Virus record (IMG/VR): IMGVR_UViG_3300032305_000730
Location: 1-33,232 of that record
Length of the DNA: 33,232 bases
Strand: one strand, 5' to 3'
Source of the DNA: a virus
Taxonomy: Duplodnaviria; Caudoviricetes
Part shown: positions 27,218 through 33,232 of the stretch, one piece after another
Position numbering within the stretch: the first letter of the stretch is position 1
Layout of the letters: every line of letters starts with the position of its first letter
The notes under the pieces: model-generated
The model's database searches: none
Told to the model about the DNA's origin: nothing
The model's input: only the letters and a program-made list of their open reading frames with translations
Position numbers and translations under genes: made by a program

Positions 27218-27535
27218 TTATTTTGGTTCTTGAATTGGAATGCAGTTAGGGACTTCTCTACCATCCATATCTTTCATTCCATATTGTTCGTAACCTTCGG
27301 TGCATGGGTCGTTTGCATCTTTTAAGTTAATACCTCTAAACTTTGTATCGTATGCCACTCTTGACATTACTTTACTCATAGTGTCGGTTATCTTTGACAT
27401 CTTATCTCTATCGTATGTGCTTTTACATACTGCATATGCCTGTCCTTCAACATCATATTCGCTTGCAATATCTGAAATACAACGACTAATGTATTTATCT
27501 TCGGTTTCTCTACCTTCTGGTTTTGGTATTGGCAT
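27218..27535 (-). CDS. Small Cys-containing head-region protein
   Basis: MPIPKP...YISRC...QAYAVC and PCTEGYEQYGMK...VPNCIP modules. Confidence 0.7.
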   Translation of the reverse strand: MPIPKPEGRETEDKYISRCISDIASEYDVEGQAYAVCKSTYDRDKMSKITDTMSKVMSRVAYDTKFRGINLKDANDPCTEGYEQYGMKDMDGREVPNCIPIQEPK

Positions 27536-27538
27536 AGT

Positions 27539-27862
27539 TTAATTTATTGTATAAGTTTTTCCTTCAAACTTAAATGATGAAATATTATCGTATGTTAAAG
27601 TTCTCCATCCTTCTTTTGTAGTAGGAGCAACTAAATTAACCATACCTTCTTCTTCTTTTGTTACACTTTGGTCAGAATTACTAAAAAATCTACCCCAATA
27701 CATTTCATAAGATGCTCTATGTGTTGGTATTTCTGCAGTTCTCCATTTTATAAACATAGGATTACCTGCCGAACTTCTTTCCAACATATTCTTAAACTTA
27801 ACCATTGATACCGATGGTAAAGCAAATCTTTCAATATTCTTTATGTAAGTATTTTGGTTCAT
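27539..27862 (-). CDS. Hypothetical protein, possible SH3/WYL-like barrel
   Basis: GWRTLTYDNI motif; N-terminal FALPSV matches capsid FALPTV. Confidence 0.6.
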   Translation of the reverse strand: MNQNTYIKNIERFALPSVSMVKFKNMLERSSAGNPMFIKWRTAEIPTHRASYEMYWGRFFSNSDQSVTKEEEGMVNLVAPTTKEGWRTLTYDNISSFKFEGKTYTIN

Positions 27863-27863
27863 A

Positions 27864-28901
27864 TTATTTTAATGCTGGTGCAACACTTCCACTTGCTACC
27901 TGACCTGGATAAGATGATGTGATTGATGGTTGTGCTTCTGTTTCAGTTAATAAACCTAACTCTCTTAACTTACTTTTTGCCCATCGGCCGCCTGCAAGTC
28001 CACCCCATGCATCTATCATAAGTTTTGCACATCCATCTGAATAAGATTTTGATACTTCTAAACTTCCTTCATGTCTACTTATAAATGAATGCATGCGCTT
28101 AATTGTATCAACTGATATAGGTTCTCCTTTTGCTAATTGATTTGCTCTTTGTTTTCCAACAGGTGTTCCACAACTACCCCAACCATTTTCATTTGCATAC
28201 TCTAATGCTCTTTTTGCATTATTCTTAACTGCATCTGGATAGTCTGAATAACTTTCCATTTCTATTCTTTGACCTTTACCGTATCTCTTATCTTTTCTAA
28301 TGATTGCTTTCAATGTAGATAAAAATACTTCTGCTTCTTCCTCTGTAAAATCTTCAATATCTTTTAATAAAATATCTTCTTTAGATGCATGAATTAAGTT
28401 ATGTGTAAATAATCCTTCTATACTAAATCCTTTTACCTTTCCTGTTTTTACATAGTCTTTCCAAATCTTTGGGTCAGTTATCTTAAACATTCCCATCCAT
28501 GCACCATCAGGTATAGCTGATAAACCATAATTATTTGACTTATCTAACTTACCTTCTTTAATCCAAGACTCAACGAGATGGACACCTTTAATACTCATGT
28601 CATGTTCTAATGTTGCTTTATCCGTATACTTTTTCATTAAGTAATTCTGTGCAATCTTCTTTACTGTCTCTTTAGTAAAATAGACATGGTATGGTTGTCC
28701 TTCTCCGTCAACTCTTAATATTTTCTTTTCAGGTAATAGTATTGGCCCAATTAACATTTGTTGCTCGTTATCCGTTGCAGCAAACATTACTTCTTCTTTA
28801 TCAAAGAAAATGAAATCAGACTCGATTGCAGGGCTCTCTACTAAAGAGATTGCAAATACTTCATCCTCATTATCTTCAATTTTTAATTCATATAGCTTCA
28901 T
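27864..28901 (-). CDS. XkdF-like prohead protease with a C-terminal extra domain
   Basis: AISLVESPAIE, TLEH, VESW and GKVKGFSIEG motifs, then a SYSDYP...DAWGG domain; likely start is the ATG at 28901. Confidence 0.8.
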   Translation of the reverse strand: MKLYELKIEDNEDEVFAISLVESPAIESDFIFFDKEEVMFAATDNEQQMLIGPILLPEKKILRVDGEGQPYHVYFTKETVKKIAQNYLMKKYTDKATLEHDMSIKGVHLVESWIKEGKLDKSNNYGLSAIPDGAWMGMFKITDPKIWKDYVKTGKVKGFSIEGLFTHNLIHASKEDILLKDIEDFTEEEAEVFLSTLKAIIRKDKRYGKGQRIEMESYSDYPDAVKNNAKRALEYANENGWGSCGTPVGKQRANQLAKGEPISVDTIKRMHSFISRHEGSLEVSKSYSDGCAKLMIDAWGGLAGGRWAKSKLRELGLLTETEAQPSITSSYPGQVASGSVAPALK

Positions 28902-28903
28902 AG

Positions 28904-28935
28904 TATAATAACAATAAAATTTATTAAAATGGTTA
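28904..28935 (-). promoter_or_regulatory. Putative late promoter (TAAC-N19-GTTATTATA)
   Basis: Motif ends 2 nt before the ATG. Confidence 0.65.
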
Positions 28936-30696
28936 TCCTGCACTAAATGTTGCAGCTTTAGATGTTCTTCTATCTAATGCTTGTTGACTTGTTATGTCAC
29001 CTGAAATTACATATGCACGAATAGGTTTCTGTGATGCAGATATAGTTTCTCCTATTTGTTGTGTTGGGTTCATACCACCAGTAGTTTGTATTTGTGGTGC
29101 AGAAGCTCCTGCTACTGTTGGTAATGCTGGTGGTGGTGTTAATGCACCTTCCGCACTTCCACCTGTTGAACCACCTCCTGATTTAGTACCTTTTCCTGCT
29201 GAAAGTATTGCTGCAATTTGTGCTGCAGATGTTACACCGACAGTTGCAATTTGTGCAATACTATTTATTTTAGATGATGCTTTACCTGCAACCGCTGCAC
29301 CTACTGCAGCTTTACCTGATGCTAATTGAGCAATTGCAATACCTTGCATACCTGGTATGAATGCATTTGCAATACCCATTGCAATAGTAGAGTTACCGGC
29401 TGCAATTGCTTTGTTATATTCTGCCTGTGCTTGTTTGTTATTTAGGATTATACTTCCGATTGCAGCTGCTGCGTTGATTGCAACTTGTGCAACACCAAAT
29501 GCTTTTGCTGCATCTGAACCTTGACCAAATACACTTATCAAAGAACCAAATACATTTGAAATATTAGTACCTAAATCTACCCAAGATTGTGCAATTGCTT
29601 GGTTTGCTTTGAATGTAAAATCTTGTCTATCTTCATCTAATTTTTTAATCCTTTCGTATTGGTCGTATTGGGATTTAGCTAAATCATTTGCAGCTTTCAT
29701 TCTTTCCTCTGCTTCTTTAGATGCTTTTTCTTTCTCTTTATCTTTATACTTTGTATCAATTTCATCTAATGCATTTTGTTGTGCAAGTTTTAATTGAGTA
29801 GTATCATCACCATGTTTAGTTGCAAGGAATAATAGATTTGAATAATGTTCTCTTACCTTATATTCTTCAGCTTCTCTTTCAGAAAGTAATTCTAACATTG
29901 CTTCTTTCTGACCTTCTAATAATTCTTTTAATTCAGCTTCTCTTTGTTCTTTAGCTTTTTGAGCTGCTTCATTTCTATCTTTCTGTTGTTTGTCTAAGTT
30001 TTCTTTTTGAGTTTTAGTCATTACTTTCTGACCTTTCTCAAATCTTTCAACTGCTGTATCGTAGTTATCACTAAAACTGGTTACTGATGATTTAGCATCT
30101 TCCCATGCACCTTTGAAATCTCCTTTGAATAGTTTAACGATTGCACTACCAATTTTACCTAATGATTGGAATACTGCAGTTACTGCTGAATAAACTACCT
30201 TAAATGCTTTTGTTACATATGGCATTACCTCAATAGCTAATTCTATAAATCCATCTATAAGTGGTTGTAATGCACCTAATATACCATTCAAAAGTTGTTC
30301 AAACTGAATTAAGATTGGCTCAAACTTTTTCATTGTACTATCCGACTTTGAAAGAGCTGCTACAAATCCTCCTAATAGAGAAACGATTAAACCAATACCT
30401 GTTGCTTTTAATGCAGCACCAAATGATTGTGTTGATACTTTCAATTTATTCAAAGCACCACCAACTGCTCCAATCGGCCCACCTGCACTTTCTAATGTAT
30501 CAATCCAATCTGCAGCTGCACCTTTTGCTGATTTAAGTTTATCTTCCAAATCATCAATCTCTCCTACCAATCTTTTGAAATCGGCAGAACCTGCAGCAGT
30601 TTCTTTCAATTGCTTTTTTAATGCTTTCAAATCTGCAATAGAATTAGCAGCGTTGGTTTCTACATCAACTTTTACTTTGATTTTTTTATCTGCCAT
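28933..30696 (-). CDS. Tape measure protein
   Basis: 587 aa, Ala/Lys-rich helical; ALKATGIGLIV, FKGDFKGAWEDAK and terminal AYVISGDITSQQ. Confidence 0.8.
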   Translation of the reverse strand: MADKKIKVKVDVETNAANSIADLKALKKQLKETAAGSADFKRLVGEIDDLEDKLKSAKGAAADWIDTLESAGGPIGAVGGALNKLKVSTQSFGAALKATGIGLIVSLLGGFVAALSKSDSTMKKFEPILIQFEQLLNGILGALQPLIDGFIELAIEVMPYVTKAFKVVYSAVTAVFQSLGKIGSAIVKLFKGDFKGAWEDAKSSVTSFSDNYDTAVERFEKGQKVMTKTQKENLDKQQKDRNEAAQKAKEQREAELKELLEGQKEAMLELLSEREAEEYKVREHYSNLLFLATKHGDDTTQLKLAQQNALDEIDTKYKDKEKEKASKEAEERMKAANDLAKSQYDQYERIKKLDEDRQDFTFKANQAIAQSWVDLGTNISNVFGSLISVFGQGSDAAKAFGVAQVAINAAAAIGSIILNNKQAQAEYNKAIAAGNSTIAMGIANAFIPGMQGIAIAQLASGKAAVGAAVAGKASSKINSIAQIATVGVTSAAQIAAILSAGKGTKSGGGSTGGSAEGALTPPPALPTVAGASAPQIQTTGGMNPTQQIGETISASQKPIRAYVISGDITSQQALDRRTSKAATFSAG

Positions 30697-30830
30697 AATC
30701 TGCGTTTAATATTTTTACCTATATCTCTAAATGTGTAAGGTATTGCGTATTTACCTTTTGCTATATCTACATTTTCACTTACTCCGTAAAACTGATTTGT
30801 TTGCAATAAATCTATTATAGTCTTTATCAT
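30672..30830 (-). CDS. Hypothetical protein (52 aa)
   Basis: MIKTIIDLLQTNQFYGVSENVDIAKGKYAIPYTFRDIGKNIKRRLWQIKKSK; late promoter directly upstream. Confidence 0.7.
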   Translation of the reverse strand: MIKTIIDLLQTNQFYGVSENVDIAKGKYAIPYTFRDIGKNIKRRLWQIKKSK

Positions 30831-30832
30831 AT

Positions 30833-30865
30833 TATAATAACATTAAAATCTTTATAAATAAGTGA
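30833..30865 (-). promoter_or_regulatory. Putative late promoter (TCAC-N20-GTTATTATA)
   Basis: Motif ends 2 nt before the ATG at 30830. Confidence 0.65.
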
Positions 30866-30867
30866 GG

Positions 30868-32133
30868 TTATAAACATCCACCATCACAAGATGCGAATGT
30901 ATTCAAAGTTAGTGTACTACCTATATCACCACTTACTACTGTATATGTTCCTGTGGTTAATGATACACCTGCATTATTAGCACAATTTGCATCATTAAGA
31001 ATATTACCAGTTGTATAAACATTTGCGTATGTATCAGGTGAACCACATGGAGTCACTATTTGTAATTCTACATAAATCGTATCACCAACAGATACAGTTT
31101 CAGTCCCACTTGCTGTACTACTTCTGCTTTCAACAGCAAAACCATTTATATATAAATCCATAGTTCCATTTGCTCCACCTGTTTCAGTATAAGACCATGA
31201 TAGTGTTGCCGTTGATGGTGGTGGTGGAGTTGGGTTACCTACTACTGCAGTGCTACCTGAAATTGTAAAATTATGACCTGTTGTAAATGTTATAGGGAAT
31301 GTAACATCACCATCAGAGCTTCCTGAAAATATTAAAACCGAAGCACTTTGAATTAAACTTCCGTTATCAAAAATAGTTAATGTTGCAGATGCCGTTGTAT
31401 ATCCACCCCATACAGTTGAAGCTGCATATTTACCTTCGATTGTTACATCAGCAACTACTCCACCTGAAATATATTGTGTGAAGTCACCACTAAAATAATA
31501 AGCTGTTCCTGATACAAATAAGTTTGCATCTATGAATACACTAGCTGAATTTAATTCCTCTAAATGAATTGATGCAGTTGAAAACACAGTACTACCTGTT
31601 GGTATTGGTACAGGTGTTGATTGTGCATTACTAAATGTATCTGCAATAATAGGCCCTAATAATTGTAATGTACATGTACCATCTTTTAATGAATAATCGT
31701 TTATTGCTCTTAGATGATAATAGTTACCTCTAAAGTTTACAATATCATTCAATTCCATAGTGAAATAATCTTTCAATGGAATGATTGCTGAACAATTTAC
31801 TAATCTTGTTTTAGGATTATAAAGTAAAGATACATATTTTTCCCAATAAGTTGTATAAAGTGAGTCAGTTGGTACTTCTCCATATGATGCTCCTTCATTA
31901 TTAAAAAGTAATGATAAACTATCTGTTGTAGGAAAACTACCTGATACTACATTATAATTGTCAAAATAAGGAAATTCTTGTTGTGCGTTAGATGAAAAGT
32001 TTTGGTCTTGAATATAGTATTGTTCACATCCTATTACTCCATTATAAAAGAACAAACGAGGTAATATTCTCGCAGGATTATAGTTTTGGTCACTAATGTA
32101 AGTTGGTATGTATATTGGTATAATTTGGCTCAT
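30868..32133 (-). CDS. Tail tip/hub protein with S/T-rich beta-sandwich extensions
   Basis: PRLFFYNG...LNDIVNFRGNYYHLRAINDY core followed by Pro-linked domains (PVPIP, PTPPPP). Confidence 0.6.
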   Translation of the reverse strand: MSQIIPIYIPTYISDQNYNPARILPRLFFYNGVIGCEQYYIQDQNFSSNAQQEFPYFDNYNVVSGSFPTTDSLSLLFNNEGASYGEVPTDSLYTTYWEKYVSLLYNPKTRLVNCSAIIPLKDYFTMELNDIVNFRGNYYHLRAINDYSLKDGTCTLQLLGPIIADTFSNAQSTPVPIPTGSTVFSTASIHLEELNSASVFIDANLFVSGTAYYFSGDFTQYISGGVVADVTIEGKYAASTVWGGYTTASATLTIFDNGSLIQSASVLIFSGSSDGDVTFPITFTTGHNFTISGSTAVVGNPTPPPPSTATLSWSYTETGGANGTMDLYINGFAVESRSSTASGTETVSVGDTIYVELQIVTPCGSPDTYANVYTTGNILNDANCANNAGVSLTTGTYTVVSGDIGSTLTLNTFASCDGGCL

Positions 32134-32143
32134 AAGTTATTTT

Positions 32144-33109
32144 TTATCTACCACATCTTGCTGATGAAGTTGATATTACTCCTGTTGATGAATTGATTGC
32201 GTAAATTAAAAACCCATTACTAAAGAATGTATATCCTGTTATTGGTGTTATTCCGTATTGGTCATAGTATGCAACTTGACCAGATGTTAATAAACCATTA
32301 GCAGTATACACTACAAAGTCAAATGGTGAACTACATGCAGATAATGCACCGGCACTTGTAAAACTCCATGTCCCAGCACTATATTGTGTAATAGTTCCAC
32401 CAATTCCTCCAATACTTCCAGATAAACCTGTACCAGGCATTCTAATTAATGGGTCAGATGCAAATGTAGTTTTAACATTAAACTCACCTTGTGAATAAAA
32501 ATTAGTTGTATCTACATAATATGTTTTACCATATTCTCTATTTGCTGCTTTACTAAATTGTTGTGAAATATAATCTTGGTCTAATGTATCACTAAAGTTT
32601 AATCTATTAACTGCTAAATTATTTGCAGGTATAACTTCTATTTTATCATCTAAATTGATGTATTTATTAAAATCTTTTACCTCACCTCTTCTATACCATT
32701 CATTAAATGTTTCAATTATAAATTCACTTTGATTTGTATTATTAGGATAAATTACTAAGTTAAACTTTTTTTGTAATCCTAATATAAAATCAATTTGCTT
32801 AATACCATCTGTACCATATGGCATATTAGAAGGTATATCTATTACCCTACCATCTGCTGCCTGATTTACTTTTTTGATTTGAATATATGATTTTGTAGTT
32901 ACATCACCACCTGTTGTATTTGGGTCAACTTTTATTAATGGGTCACTAGCCACATAATATTCATTTATTTTTACTTGAAAATAGTAACTACCTGTTGGAA
33001 CGGATGGGAATTGTACTTGTGATATCAATTCAAAATCTTGTCCTATTGATTGTGTTGAACTTCTACCATTTGCAAGTTGAGTAAAATATTGTGCCCATGT
33101 TGGTATTGT
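32144..33109 (-). CDS. Large tail/hub structural protein, 3' part (continuation of 1023..1)
   Basis: The frame is open from the junction; QIDFILGLQKKFNL motif. Confidence 0.8.
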   Translation of the reverse strand, partial: TIPTWAQYFTQLANGRSSTQSIGQDFELISQVQFPSVPTGSYYFQVKINEYYVASDPLIKVDPNTTGGDVTTKSYIQIKKVNQAADGRVIDIPSNMPYGTDGIKQIDFILGLQKKFNLVIYPNNTNQSEFIIETFNEWYRRGEVKDFNKYINLDDKIEVIPANNLAVNRLNFSDTLDQDYISQQFSKAANREYGKTYYVDTTNFYSQGEFNVKTTFASDPLIRMPGTGLSGSIGGIGGTITQYSAGTWSFTSAGALSACSSPFDFVVYTANGLLTSGQVAYYDQYGITPITGYTFFSNGFLIYAINSSTGVISTSSARCGR

Positions 33110-33232
33110 ATCAATTTGGCCTGTTGTATATGCACTACTTGTTTCTATTAGTCTTACTCCAAATTGACCTGGTAAATTACCAGATGAACTAACACTAAAA
33201 TTTAAGTTAAATATTCCACTTAAATTACTTTG
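33110..33232. repeat. Direct terminal repeat, copy 2
   Basis: Identical to 1-123. Confidence 0.97.

Noticed and set aside
138-30536. Plus-strand ORFs in the track
   Set aside because: They lie antisense to well-supported minus-strand genes and show no recognisable motifs, so they are shadow frames.
33110-33232. Biological terminal repeat
   Set aside because: It falls in the middle of a gene and has the size of an assembler overlap; the PBSX-like terminase fits circular permutation better.
1-33232. tRNA or rRNA genes, or an alternative genetic code
   Set aside because: I saw no cloverleaf or rRNA-like sequence, and standard-code ORFs tile the genome densely.

Overview
The window is an apparently complete, AT-rich tailed phage genome (siphovirus-like) of about 33,109 bp. 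The last 123 bp repeat the first 123 bp, and one tail gene reads through that junction. All credible genes are on the minus strand. Promoter shape (TTG-N19/20-TAnnTTnn) and A-rich leaders without Shine-Dalgarno sites suggest a Bacteroidota host (inference). Virion genes: terminases, portal, scaffold, major capsid, XkdF-like protease, adaptor, tail tube, tail completion, frameshifting tail chaperone, tape measure, hub proteins and two fibre-plus-tip gene pairs. Non-virion genes: a DruA/DUF4338-like protein, a GNAT, a DUF1376-type initiator, an HNH nuclease, two glycosyltransferases with a methyltransferase, and a sigma factor. I recognise no lysin, integrase, repressor or polymerase. Best leads: (1) a candidate virion glycosylation system, pairing the GT-MTase-GT cassette with [S/T]GS motifs concentrated in surface structural proteins; (2) a second slippery site that would switch a C-terminal extension on the tail-terminator-like protein; (3) a seven-copy bipartite late promoter for the phage sigma factor; (4) an 11-bp-phased iteron array beside a perfect DnaA box; (5) an array of palindromic IHF-consensus sites. 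Family names come from motif recognition by eye, not from database searches.
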